Shown: piece by piece, positions 25,570-34,086 of the stretch
Position numbering within the stretch: the first letter of the stretch is position 1
Layout of the letters: the number at the start of each line of letters is the position of its first letter
Assembly: GCA_046597825.1 (NCBI GenBank)
Contig: JBKJJX010000133.1
Span: 1-37,051 of the forward strand
From: Bacteroidota bacterium
GTDB taxonomy: Bacteria; Bacteroidota; Ignavibacteria; UBA10030; UBA6906
Direction: 5' to 3'
DNA length: 37,051 nucleotides
Made by a program: the position numbers and the translations under genes
The notes under the pieces: generated by a model
Seen by the model: only the letters and a program-made list of their open reading frames with translations
Told to the model about the DNA's origin: nothing
The model's database searches: none

Positions 25570-25640
25570 AAAATCAAATCTAAAAAAATTGAAGCGGGTT
25601 TCCTGGAGGGATGATGAAACAAGTTGGGTGGGCATGATCA

Positions 25641-26789
25641 TTAAGGTTGAGGCTTCCACGGCATTGGTGGAATTGCTGCCGGCTCTGCATACTTGCCGCC
25701 GAAAACATTCATCGTTGCTATGTTTTCATAGCGAAAATAAATCTGTCCTGCAGCACCCAACATGCGCGTAGCTGTAATCTGATCGGGGAGTTGCGCCATG
25801 ATCTCAGGTTTGTACGCGCCAATGCTGACGTAAATGTGCCGGCCACCGGCATTCTTCTGCCACGTACGCGCAATGTGAGCGAAGTCGGGCCCTGCTGTTT
25901 CAAACTCCAGCGTCCAATACACTTGCGGCGCGAGATAATCCATCCATCCCCTCTCCAGCCATAATCGCGCATCCTGGAAATAATCGCCGAGTGCACCGGC
26001 CTGCACCTTTGTGTCCGGCTGCGCGCTGAGAGCTCCTGAGTAGGTACCGAGCGGCGCCGCTCCCATTTTGAGTGCCGGCTTTAATCGCGTCAGTTGCTGA
26101 TAGGAGTTCCGAACGAATGTGTTGATGTTCTCCCTCCTCCAATTATCGCGCTGAATGCTTTTTCCGTACTTGCTGTATGTTTTGGAATCGGGAAAATCCT
26201 TTCCCGGATATCGTATGAAATCAAAACATATTCCGTCGATGTCATATTGTTGCACCATGTCTTCCAGCACGCGGTCGAGGTATGAACGAACCGCCGGTAT
26301 GCCGGGGTCGAGCCATGATTCATTTTCGTAGCGAACGACCCACTCAGGATGTTCGAGAGCAACATGCCGCGGCCTGGTTGGTGCGGGTGATGTAGGGCCG
26401 AGAATCTTGTACACATTAAACCAGCCATGCACTTCCATTCCTGCCGCATGCGCTTCCTTGAGTAAAAATTCCAGTGGATCCCAGCCCGGGTCTTTGCCTA
26501 ACGTTCCCGTAAGATTTTCCGCCCACGGTTCATACCTGGAATGGTAATAAACATCGCCCCGTGCACGAATTTGGAAAAAGATTGTATTGAGGTGTGCGGC
26601 TTTCATATCGCGGACAATTTTTCTGAGCGATGCCTGCTGCTCATTCTTGTCGTGTGTCTTCGGCCAATCGAGACCGTTCGACGTGGTAAGAAATACGCCA
26701 CGCAGTTCCTGCTTCATCGAGGATTGGGGCTGACTATAGAGAAGCGTGTATGATGTGAGAATGAGAAGAAGAAAAATTTTTTGAAACAC
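25641..26789 (-). CDS. Glycoside-hydrolase-like family 10 protein (GHL10/DUF187, YngK-like), secreted
   Basis: 382 aa with a signal peptide (LLILTSYTLLYSQ). Recognised blocks are RGVFLTTSNGLDWPKT, NTIFFQIRARGDVYYHSRYEPWAENLTG, PGWDPLEFLLKEAHAAGMEVHGWFNVY and DGICFDFIRYP. Confidence 0.7.
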   Translation of the reverse strand: MFQKIFLLLILTSYTLLYSQPQSSMKQELRGVFLTTSNGLDWPKTHDKNEQQASLRKIVRDMKAAHLNTIFFQIRARGDVYYHSRYEPWAENLTGTLGKDPGWDPLEFLLKEAHAAGMEVHGWFNVYKILGPTSPAPTRPRHVALEHPEWVVRYENESWLDPGIPAVRSYLDRVLEDMVQQYDIDGICFDFIRYPGKDFPDSKTYSKYGKSIQRDNWRRENINTFVRNSYQQLTRLKPALKMGAAPLGTYSGALSAQPDTKVQAGALGDYFQDARLWLERGWMDYLAPQVYWTLEFETAGPDFAHIARTWQKNAGGRHIYVSIGAYKPEIMAQLPDQITATRMLGAAGQIYFRYENIATMNVFGGKYAEPAAIPPMPWKPQP

Positions 26790-26838
26790 TCTGGGGCGCC
26801 GGTGTTAAGTTCGGAAAATTCTTGCTATGCGATGATGG

Positions 26839-26865
26839 AAAAAAGGCGCCCCTTCAGAGAGCGCC
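26839..26865 (-). terminator. Intrinsic terminator after the DUF2911 gene
   Basis: The minus strand reads GGCGCTCT-CTGAA-GGGGCGCC followed by TTTTTT. This is an 8-bp stem (2 G-U pairs) with a 5-nt loop and a 6-U tract, starting 8 nt after the stop at 26873-26875. Confidence 0.8.
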
Positions 26866-26872
26866 GGAGTTG

Positions 26873-27859
26873 TTACTCGACCTTTACATCAACTGCATAC
26901 TCTCTGTCGCCCCAAGCGAGTTTCAGGTAGGCAAGATTTTTCTGGCTGGTTTGTTCGAAGGATATTTTGAGAGGATCGACAGGCGAATCGAGTTGTTTCA
27001 TCGCCATCCGGATGTGAGCCAAATCCATTGTCGGATCGTAATTCGCTTCGCCGGGCGTTTTCTTGTTGATGATCAAATCATATCCCTTTTCTGTCGGCCG
27101 TGAATAGAGCGTGTACGTACCCGCCGGGACAGTAACGCCTCCAATCACAGTTGCAGTCTCCGTCTTCAACACTGTTGCTGCGTTTGCTCCCGTCCGCCAG
27201 ATTGAATCCATCGGAACAACAACCCCCCATATATTCCTGCCACGCATGAACGGCTTGCTGTACGTTATCATCACTTTGGAATTGTTCAAAAAAGTCTCCG
27301 CGGAGTCAAGCGGACTAACGGGACGGATATTATCGCTCTTCTCGAACGACGTCCAGACCATAGTATTCTCCCACATTATTTTCATCCGGCCTTTGGCTTT
27401 CCCGGATGCGTCGAACACAACTCTCAGGGTTTCAACAGGCGTTGTCATGTGATCGACTATCGCGTCGAAGCGTGCGTAGTCCTGGCGCTCATCGTAATTC
27501 GTTCCCCATTGTCCCGTCTGCTTATTGATGATAAATTTCCAGCCTGTCGGCGAAGGCAGTGTCCACAATGTGTAATTGCCACGCGGAAGCGGAACGCCGC
27601 CTATCATCATGTCGAAGTTTGTCTTCAGATGTGTTGCCTGGTTTGCGCCCGTTCGCCATACCTGATTCCAGGGAACGAGATCTCCCATTATTTTCCGTCC
27701 GCGCATCGCTGGACGTCCGTAATTCACCGAGATCTGATTTGTATCAATCAAACAATAAACTGAATCACGGGGACTGAGCGGGACAGGTTTTTTCTGCGCG
27801 TTCGCCGCAGAAAAAAACAAAAGAAGCGACGAGATGTACAACAAGCATGTAGTTTTCAT
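26873..27859 (-). CDS. Secreted protein with two tandem DUF2911 domains
   Basis: The ORF is listed from GTG 27865, but the ATG at 27859 forms an ATGA overlap with the upstream methyltransferase stop and gives MKTTCLLYISSLLLFFSAANAQ (signal peptide). Two homologous halves are present: VNYGRPAMRGRKIMGDLVPWNQVWRTGANQATHLKT...GNYTLWTLP and ITYSKPFMRGRNIWGVVVPMDSIWRTGANAATVLKT...GTYTLYSRP. Confidence 0.75.
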   Translation of the reverse strand: MKTTCLLYISSLLLFFSAANAQKKPVPLSPRDSVYCLIDTNQISVNYGRPAMRGRKIMGDLVPWNQVWRTGANQATHLKTNFDMMIGGVPLPRGNYTLWTLPSPTGWKFIINKQTGQWGTNYDERQDYARFDAIVDHMTTPVETLRVVFDASGKAKGRMKIMWENTMVWTSFEKSDNIRPVSPLDSAETFLNNSKVMITYSKPFMRGRNIWGVVVPMDSIWRTGANAATVLKTETATVIGGVTVPAGTYTLYSRPTEKGYDLIINKKTPGEANYDPTMDLAHIRMAMKQLDSPVDPLKISFEQTSQKNLAYLKLAWGDREYAVDVKVE

Positions 27860-28695
27860 AAGCACGACTCCAGATTATTTTCAAATACAACGTTAACGCC
27901 CGTTTGCAAGAATGCGTAGACATACAAGAAAGGGCGAAGAAGATAGTCATAACGGGAGGGTGAGGTACCCGTAATCATTTCAGTGGGAAAGCCTTCGGCT
28001 TGGAGCCGGTTTTCCCGGCACATGCTGATGAATTCCTCCCTGGGAAACCATATTCCCCTGGTCGATTCGACAAGCAACGGCTCTAGCCCAAGAAGGACGC
28101 GGGCCTTCCAGAAAATAAATCGCTTCAGGCTCAAAATGAATTCCGCAAATCCATCTTGTCTGATCCGTCGCCGGAGCCGGGTCATCGGGGAGAGGCGCTC
28201 GGGCGTGAGTGTCGACTCATCAACGAACGGAATGTCGCTGATGAAAACGGTCGCATCCTTTTTTGCCACACGGCGTATCTCTGCCAGGGTCTTCATGCAT
28301 TCATCTTTTGTTTCCTGCAAACAGAACGCCCCTGTCATCAGTACTCTATCGAAACATGCATCGGCGTAGGGAAGGCTGGATGGCGGCCCGGTTTCAAAAT
28401 ACACGTCCGGCGTGGCTTCGAATTTTGTTTTGAGTCGTTCAACCATAGCAGGAGAAATGTCGATGCCGCGGCATTCGGTTACTCGACCCCGGATTTTTTC
28501 GAACAGCAATCCCTTGCCCGGACTTATATCCAGCACCGTATCTGTACGCTTGAATGGCACGAGGTGCAGAATTTTGTTGATGCGGAATTCTGTCGAGCGC
28601 GGCCCGTCACCGGACATATGGTATTCGTCCTTCAGGTATCGGGCCCGATACTCGTATTCTTCAGCGCGGGATGTTGGGCGTAAAACTTTCACCAT
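27856..28695 (-). CDS. Class I SAM-dependent methyltransferase
   Basis: 279 aa with motif I VLDISPGKGLLFEKI, then ECRGIDISPAMVE and FDRVLMTGAF. It starts 8 nt after the ybjQ-like stop. Confidence 0.7.
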   Translation of the reverse strand: MVKVLRPTSRAEEYEYRARYLKDEYHMSGDGPRSTEFRINKILHLVPFKRTDTVLDISPGKGLLFEKIRGRVTECRGIDISPAMVERLKTKFEATPDVYFETGPPSSLPYADACFDRVLMTGAFCLQETKDECMKTLAEIRRVAKKDATVFISDIPFVDESTLTPERLSPMTRLRRRIRQDGFAEFILSLKRFIFWKARVLLGLEPLLVESTRGIWFPREEFISMCRENRLQAEGFPTEMITGTSPSRYDYLLRPFLYVYAFLQTGVNVVFENNLESCL

Positions 28696-28703
28696 TTCGG
28701 TTG

Positions 28704-29033
28704 TCAGCTCCGTTCGACAATGACCGCAGTACCGTACGCCAACACCTCGGTCACGCCGGCCATCACCTCGTTGGCATCGTACCGCATGGCGATGATTGCA
28801 TTCGCTCCCATCTCCTGAGCATGCTGCGTCATCAATAGGAACGCTTCGCGCCGCGCCTGTTCGCAGAGTTCCTGCAACAATGAGATGTTCCCGCCGAACA
28901 GTACCTGAAATCCAACGCCGATGTTGCCGATAATGGAGCGTGAGCGGACAGTTATCCCCCGAACGACGCCCAGCGTCTGGACGACTTTGTGGCCGGGCAG
29001 TTCGAACGCGGTAGTCACCATATTTGGGTTCAC
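28704..29033 (-). CDS. ybjQ: YbjQ-family (UPF0145) protein
   Basis: 109 aa: TTAFELPGHKVVQTLGVVRGITVRSRSIIGNIGVGFQVLFGGNISLLQELCEQARREAFLLMTQHAQEMGANAIIAMRYD. The GTG start has AAGGAG 6 nt upstream. An alternative ATG lies 4 codons in. Confidence 0.85.
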   Translation of the reverse strand: MNPNMVTTAFELPGHKVVQTLGVVRGITVRSRSIIGNIGVGFQVLFGGNISLLQELCEQARREAFLLMTQHAQEMGANAIIAMRYDANEVMAGVTEVLAYGTAVIVERS

Positions 29034-29043
29034 AGCATACTCC

Positions 29044-30036
29044 TTACTTGAATTTTACCGAAGCCATTACTTTGCCGTATGCCGCTTCATATTGAGCGCT
29101 TTGGGGCCTGAACCAATCGGTGGTGAATCGCATGATCTTGTTGTTCATGACGACGAAATACATTTTTCGTTGGACATCCTTTGTGACTGCTCCACTCAAT
29201 GTCATTGCGGGTTGTCCACCGACCGTCGCTTTCCCGGACGAGCCACCGCGAATAAGCCCTTTGTTTTGTGCGAAAACTTTTTCAAGGGTAAGCTCTTTTG
29301 CGGAAGAGACGTCATAGCGGATGGAACAATCCTGGCGCACACCACGGAGTTCGGCTACTTCCTCGTAGCTGCCCTTCGAAGCACCGGTCGGATTGAAATT
29401 ATCCGGATAGTCGAACGAAACGGTTTTTCCGTTGTATGTGGTGAACGCCTCCGACGGCAGAGTTTCATCCGCCCCTTTTTCTTTTGGCTTCGCCGCCTTG
29501 AAGGAATTCAACACTGCATCAAACACCTGCGCATACGCTCCGTAGAATTGTCCGAACCCGGAAAATCCCAGATCGTACACAAGAGAGTCTTTGGTGACGT
29601 AGACGTGGTGCCCGTAAATGATGCTGTTCTTGCCGTAGTTGGCCCCGTATTTCACTTTCGTTGCCGTCATTCCGTTCACCGTAACTTTTTCTTCCGGCTC
29701 GACCTGGAAACCGCCGGACTTCATTTGCGCAATATTTTTTTGCACTTCGGCAGCCGGATCGTTAGTCTTTGCCACATCCACTGCAATCTCTGCGCCGACT
29801 GTGCCCGGCTCGTTCGGAACACGGAATTTCGAGTCGACACCGGATGCATTGTAGAAATGCGCGTGTCCGACTTCAGCATTCACGATCGGCCAGTTTGCGG
29901 GGTAACTAATCGACCAGCCCATGCCCGGGTCTTTGTATTCTTTCATTTCGCCGGGTACAACGGGCTCTATTTTCTTTTCGCTGCAGCCGAACAACGCAAT
30001 TGCGACAAGGGCGGCCAACACTGACAAGTTTTTCAT
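29044..30036 (-). CDS. Lipoprotein of unknown function with an internal two-domain duplication (PsbP/DcrB-like guess)
   Basis: 330 aa with lipobox IALFGC. Two similar halves are present: WSISYPANWP...VTVNGMTATKVKYG...AYAQVFDAVLNSFK and VSFDYPDNFNP...ATVGGQPAMTLSGA...EAAYGKVMASVKFK. The fold assignment is a guess. Confidence 0.6.
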   Translation of the reverse strand: MKNLSVLAALVAIALFGCSEKKIEPVVPGEMKEYKDPGMGWSISYPANWPIVNAEVGHAHFYNASGVDSKFRVPNEPGTVGAEIAVDVAKTNDPAAEVQKNIAQMKSGGFQVEPEEKVTVNGMTATKVKYGANYGKNSIIYGHHVYVTKDSLVYDLGFSGFGQFYGAYAQVFDAVLNSFKAAKPKEKGADETLPSEAFTTYNGKTVSFDYPDNFNPTGASKGSYEEVAELRGVRQDCSIRYDVSSAKELTLEKVFAQNKGLIRGGSSGKATVGGQPAMTLSGAVTKDVQRKMYFVVMNNKIMRFTTDWFRPQSAQYEAAYGKVMASVKFK

Positions 30037-30076
30037 GATCTTCCTTTGTGTTGTGTGATGAAAGGTGTTGATTGTT

Positions 30077-31579
30077 TTAGTTTTTTGGAATTACGGTGTC
30101 GTACCAGGTTTTCTTTTCGCGAACGCCTACCTCGTCGACATACACATGCTTCGACTCCATATATTCCTTCAGTCCGTCGACGCCGAACTCGCGGCCGATG
30201 CCGCTTTGCTTGTAGCCGCCGAACGGTGCGCGCTCACTCAACAGATGCCATTCGTTGATCCATACAGTTCCGGCACGCAAGCGCTTCGCTACACTCATCG
30301 CCATCTCCGCATCGGTGGACCACACACCACCTGCAAGGCCGTAGATGGAATCATTCGCCAGGCTGATCGCCTCGTCGATTGTGTCATACCGAATGATCGA
30401 AAGGACAGGGCCGAAAATTTCCTCCTGTGCGATCGTTGACTTGTTATTCACATGATCGAAGATTGTCGGTTCAATGAAAAACCCGTTAGCACATTCAGCC
30501 GACGAGGGTTTTTCTCCACCGCACAAGAGCTTTGCGCCTTCAGCTTTTCCTTTCTTCACATAATCAAGAACACGGTCCAATTGTTTTTGGGAGACAAGGG
30601 GGCCCATATCGGTTGCCATATTCATCGGATCGCCGACTTTGAATTTCTTCGTTTTTGCAACCAGTGCCTGCACGAACTCGTCAGCGCGTGAAGATGGAAG
30701 CAAGAGCCTCGTACCGGCTTCGCAACATTGTCCCGCATGGTAAAATATCGCATACATTGCTCCATCGAGCGCCATGTTCATATCGGCGTCATCGAGAATA
30801 ATGTTGGCAGATTTGCCTCCGCACTCAAGTGTGACTTTTTTGAGATTCACCGCCGCGGCACGCATCACCAATTGGCCCGTCTGGGTCGAGCCTGTAAATG
30901 CTATTTTATCAACGTTTCTATTGCCGGCAAGTTCCGCTCCGGCTTCATCACCGAACCCTGTTACGATATTGATAACGCCCGGAGGAATCCCAGTTTGCTG
31001 AATGAGTTTCGCCAATTCCATAATCGTGACGGACGTTTCCTCTGACGGCTTCAGTACGACGGTATTTCCGGTCGCGAGAGCCGGCCCGAGTTTCCAGATT
31101 GCCATCTTTAAAGGAAAGTTCCACGGAATGATTGCACCGACGACTCCAATCGGCTCATGTAACAACAGATTTTTGCTGAATCCCGCCTTCGACACACCAT
31201 CGATCTCACCATCGAGTTCAGTCAATCCCAGTTTCGCGAATGCTGCAAGATTACGCGCACTCAGGTAGATGTCTTCACCCGCTTTCCGAATCGTCGATCC
31301 CGAATCAAGAACCTCCAGCTCAATAAATAATTTCTTGTTTTCATTTATCTTGTCGGAGATAGCTTTGATGTAGCCTGCACGTTCTTCGCGTGACATACGG
31401 GGCCACGGCCCTTCGTCGAATGCCGTGCGTGCTGCTTTGATTGCGCGTTGCACATCCGTCGTGCCGCCACGGGCGAACGTAGCAATTTTCTCTTTGTTGA
31501 ACGGATTGATGCCATCGAATCTCCGTCCGTCAACAGCCTCAACGAATTCATTATTGATGAAAAGCTGATACTCTCTCAC
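30077..31579 (-). CDS. NAD(P)-dependent aldehyde dehydrogenase
   Basis: About 500 aa with ALDH signatures: IIPWNFPL, FTGSTQTG, the catalytic Glu box LECGGKS, the catalytic Cys box AGQCCEAGTR, and EEIFGPV. The track starts at TTG 31585. The GTG at 31579 has GAAGGA 6 nt upstream and is preferred. Confidence 0.9.
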   Translation of the reverse strand: MREYQLFINNEFVEAVDGRRFDGINPFNKEKIATFARGGTTDVQRAIKAARTAFDEGPWPRMSREERAGYIKAISDKINENKKLFIELEVLDSGSTIRKAGEDIYLSARNLAAFAKLGLTELDGEIDGVSKAGFSKNLLLHEPIGVVGAIIPWNFPLKMAIWKLGPALATGNTVVLKPSEETSVTIMELAKLIQQTGIPPGVINIVTGFGDEAGAELAGNRNVDKIAFTGSTQTGQLVMRAAAVNLKKVTLECGGKSANIILDDADMNMALDGAMYAIFYHAGQCCEAGTRLLLPSSRADEFVQALVAKTKKFKVGDPMNMATDMGPLVSQKQLDRVLDYVKKGKAEGAKLLCGGEKPSSAECANGFFIEPTIFDHVNNKSTIAQEEIFGPVLSIIRYDTIDEAISLANDSIYGLAGGVWSTDAEMAMSVAKRLRAGTVWINEWHLLSERAPFGGYKQSGIGREFGVDGLKEYMESKHVYVDEVGVREKKTWYDTVIPKN

Positions 31580-31591
31580 ACCCAATCCTTC

Positions 31592-32086
31592 CTAAAAAGC
31601 ATAACGTCCCGGTTTCCATACCGTTAAAACCAGAATCGCAGTGAATAGTATTGTCTGAATAACGAAAAAAGCCAGCGTCCCTTTATCCATTTTCGCCAGC
31701 CTGGCCTCCGAGCCGGCTTCGGCATTTCCCTGGGCAAGCTGACCCAACAGCATTCCGCGTTTCTTCGATTGGATGCCAAACCTGATTCCGTTTGCTGCAG
31801 CAATGACGAACAAAAGGATTTTTACGCTCAGCCACCATTCATCGAACCACCCAAGCCCGAGCGCGTGCATATTGCCGATGCCGGTTAGCAGAAGAATCAC
31901 AATTGCTACGGGACTGATCAGTCCAATGCTTCGTGCGGAGCTGAGTACAACTGCTTTGGTTTTGAAATCCGCCGCAGTTGCGTATTGCCTGTGGAGAAGC
32001 CAGCCCGCGACGAGCAGGGTTACGATCAAACCAAACCCAAGAAGATGGAAAAACATCCAGAAATGATTCGAGTCCATACGTGCCAT
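31592..32086 (-). CDS. Small integral membrane protein (4 TM; DUF2269-like guess)
   Basis: 164 aa with four hydrophobic helices. Its stop is 6-12 nt before the ALDH start. No motif I can name with confidence. Confidence 0.55.
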   Translation of the reverse strand: MARMDSNHFWMFFHLLGFGLIVTLLVAGWLLHRQYATAADFKTKAVVLSSARSIGLISPVAIVILLLTGIGNMHALGLGWFDEWWLSVKILLFVIAAANGIRFGIQSKKRGMLLGQLAQGNAEAGSEARLAKMDKGTLAFFVIQTILFTAILVLTVWKPGRYAF

Positions 32087-32420
32087 CCGGAATTTGTTGT
32101 TGGGAAAGGAAAATCCGGACTCAAGATAGACAAATTCGTGGAATTCATCAAATAATCCAAAGCATCGTGGCAGTATCTCAATAAAAGAATATGCCTTTTA
32201 CGCCCTTCATCGCTACATTGGAGGAGGAAGCAATAAATTCCGGCATCCCAACGTCCGATTCAACCCTCTCATTTCATTGCGGCTCGTCTTTGCCGCGAGT
32301 TGCGGTTGAGCTTCAGGTTCTGTTGACCGTATGGGTGGATGGTAGATAGAACCGCGGGAGCGTTACTCATCGGCGCACGAATTACATTAGCAGCACTCAA
32401 ACGACCAGAAAGAGGCAGCC

Positions 32421-32849
32421 ATGACACCGAAACAATTTCTCGCAAAGCTCGATCCCGACCGGAAGAAGCTGCTCACAACGTTGCACGAAAAAATTCTTCG
32501 CCATGACGAAAAAGTTGTTGCGAAAGTTCAAACCATGATGCGGCAGGAAATGATCGGCTATTGCCAGGAAGGTGTTTTCAAATATGGGTTGTCGCCGGTA
32601 AAAGGCTACATGTCGCTGCACCTGATGCCAATGTATGCCATACCTGCATTGCATGCGAAGTTCAAAGCCATGCTTCCCAAAGCAAAATTTCAGAAGGGAT
32701 GCATCAACTTCAAAAATGAGGAACAAATGCCAATCGGCATGGCCGATCAACTTCTGCGTGACTGTGCTTCAGAGGACTACACGGTTATGATCGAGCAGTA
32801 TAAGATGAGAAGAGTGCAGGGGAGAGCAGAGAGGAAGTCAACGTCTTGA
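32421..32849 (+). CDS. DUF1801 (YdhG-like) domain protein
   Basis: 142 aa with AAGAGG 5 nt before the ATG. The N-terminal pattern FLAKLDPDRKKLLTTLHEKILRHDEKV...GYMSLHLMP resembles the DUF1801 family. The assignment is from memory. Confidence 0.55.
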   Translation: MTPKQFLAKLDPDRKKLLTTLHEKILRHDEKVVAKVQTMMRQEMIGYCQEGVFKYGLSPVKGYMSLHLMPMYAIPALHAKFKAMLPKAKFQKGCINFKNEEQMPIGMADQLLRDCASEDYTVMIEQYKMRRVQGRAERKSTS

Positions 32850-32857
32850 ACTTCCGG

Positions 32858-33997
32858 CTAATCAAACAAATCTCCATCCGCTGGAGGCAGTTCAAGTTTT
32901 GGGATCGGCTGTAACGAGTTGCCGATGATTCCCTGCAGATCGCCGTACAATCCCGCCATGTTCTTTACGCCACGCTGGAGTTGCTGATCGCGCCGCGCCC
33001 AGATTTTTTCCATCGCCCGCCGTTCGGCTTCAAGATCAATCTTCATCGTCGTGTATGATTCGACGAGCGCTTCTATGCGTTGACGGAAATCCTGCCCGCT
33101 CAGATAATTGTAGACCTGTTCCATCTTCTCACCCTTGCCTGCAGCCGAAACCCGCGTGCGGGCGACCTCTACCAGTCCGCTGCGCAGTGCGAGCGCAAGC
33201 CCGGGCATGGCGGCGAAGTCGGTAATCCAGACTCCGTCGATACATCCCACGTGCCTGATTTCCTTTGGCAGTGCAGTGGACACAATGACCGCGATCGTTG
33301 CCTTGACATCACGCTGATCGTCTTTCAGTTTTTGCGTCCATCCATCGCTCCAGCTTTTCGTCCGTTTCGATTCCCACAGAATTGTTCCGCACGAACTTCC
33401 AAGTTGTGTCCGCACGTGCTGAAGTACATCCGCGCCGCGCACGCCTTTTGGTACCGGCAATATTTCATCAGTACGGAACTGTGCGCGCAGAAGATTCTCC
33501 AACTCCACCTCCAGCGTTTCACCCTGAGCCTGCTGCGATCCTTGCTCGGCCTGGCGCTGCAAGACTTCAATCTGCCGAAGCATGTTGTTGATCCTTTGAT
33601 CCTTTTCGGCATCTTTCAGGCGGTGTTCTTCAGAGGCTTTTGTCGCCGCTTCAGCCCAGACTTTCTTTCGCTCTTCATCAAGAAGGCGCTGCAGTTCAAG
33701 CTGCATGTTCTTCTCCCGCTCCTCGATCGCACGGCGTTGTTTCCGCAACTCAAGCTCGTTCTCCTGTGCCTCTGCGAGACGGTGCTGCTTTTCCTCGTTC
33801 TCTGCGCGCAAGTCCTTCAGTTCAACCGAAAGGCGTTGCTCTGTTTCCTGGCGCATCTTGTTTGCCGCGGCTGTCCGCTCGGTGGAGATGCGCTTCTCAT
33901 ACTCCTCGCGTAGCTTTTCCTCCACCTGATGCGTGAATGCTTCAGTCAGTTCGATTGTCTTTCCGCAATGCGGACAAGAGATTGTTTGCTGGTTCAT
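32858..33997 (-). CDS. DUF2130-family protein: N-terminal CxxC knuckle, long coiled coil, C-terminal PD-(D/E)xK-like nuclease-fold domain
   Basis: 379 aa. It begins MNQQTISCPHCGKTIELTEAF, followed by about 150 residues of E/K/R/Q/L-rich heptad-like sequence. The C-terminal domain reads KGVRGADVLQHV...GTILWESKRTKSWSDGWTQKLKDDQRDVKATIAVIVSTALPKE, giving a D...ExK arrangement. Confidence 0.65.
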   Translation of the reverse strand: MNQQTISCPHCGKTIELTEAFTHQVEEKLREEYEKRISTERTAAANKMRQETEQRLSVELKDLRAENEEKQHRLAEAQENELELRKQRRAIEEREKNMQLELQRLLDEERKKVWAEAATKASEEHRLKDAEKDQRINNMLRQIEVLQRQAEQGSQQAQGETLEVELENLLRAQFRTDEILPVPKGVRGADVLQHVRTQLGSSCGTILWESKRTKSWSDGWTQKLKDDQRDVKATIAVIVSTALPKEIRHVGCIDGVWITDFAAMPGLALALRSGLVEVARTRVSAAGKGEKMEQVYNYLSGQDFRQRIEALVESYTTMKIDLEAERRAMEKIWARRDQQLQRGVKNMAGLYGDLQGIIGNSLQPIPKLELPPADGDLFD

Positions 33998-34027
33998 TTA
34001 TTTTTTCTGACAAGAAAGAAATAAACA

Positions 34028-34070
34028 CGAAGACACAAAGTCACGAAGCGTCACCACCCTCGTGTCTTCG
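34028..34070 (-). terminator. Hairpin plus T-rich tail between the 202-aa gene and the DUF2130 gene (possible terminator)
   Basis: CGAAGACAC (34028-34036) pairs with GTGTCTTCG (34062-34070): a 9-bp stem with a 25-nt loop. On the minus strand it is followed by TGTTTATTTCTTTCTT. The long loop lowers confidence. It is built from CACGAAGN octamers. Confidence 0.4.
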
Positions 34071-34086
34071 GGTTAGTTTTGGTGTT

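Noticed and set aside
28921-30024. Long antisense ORFs: 28921-30024 (367 aa), 22267-23262 (331 aa), 33080-33913 (277 aa), 20596-21333 (245 aa), 35014-35748 (244 aa), 3100-3792 (230 aa), 18253-18933 (226 aa)
   Set aside because: Each is a shadow of a motif-supported gene on the opposite strand. Their translations are Arg/Cys/His-rich with no domain signatures and no SD at the start. Overlapping genes cannot be excluded without expression data, but nothing supports them.
30077-31585. Idea that this aldehyde dehydrogenase is the missing aminoadipate-semialdehyde dehydrogenase of the saccharopine pathway
   Set aside because: It is 10 kb away on the opposite strand, in a different operon. I see only generic ALDH motifs, nothing specific to the ALDH7 family. 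The link is therefore not supported from sequence.
32191-32349. 52-aa ORF (MPFTPFIATLEEEAINSGIPTSD...) in the 334-bp divergent spacer between the membrane-protein gene and DUF1801
   Set aside because: It has no ribosome-binding site, no motif and no hydrophobic or Cys pattern suggestive of a small protein. It is left unannotated, and the spacer is presumed to hold divergent promoters.
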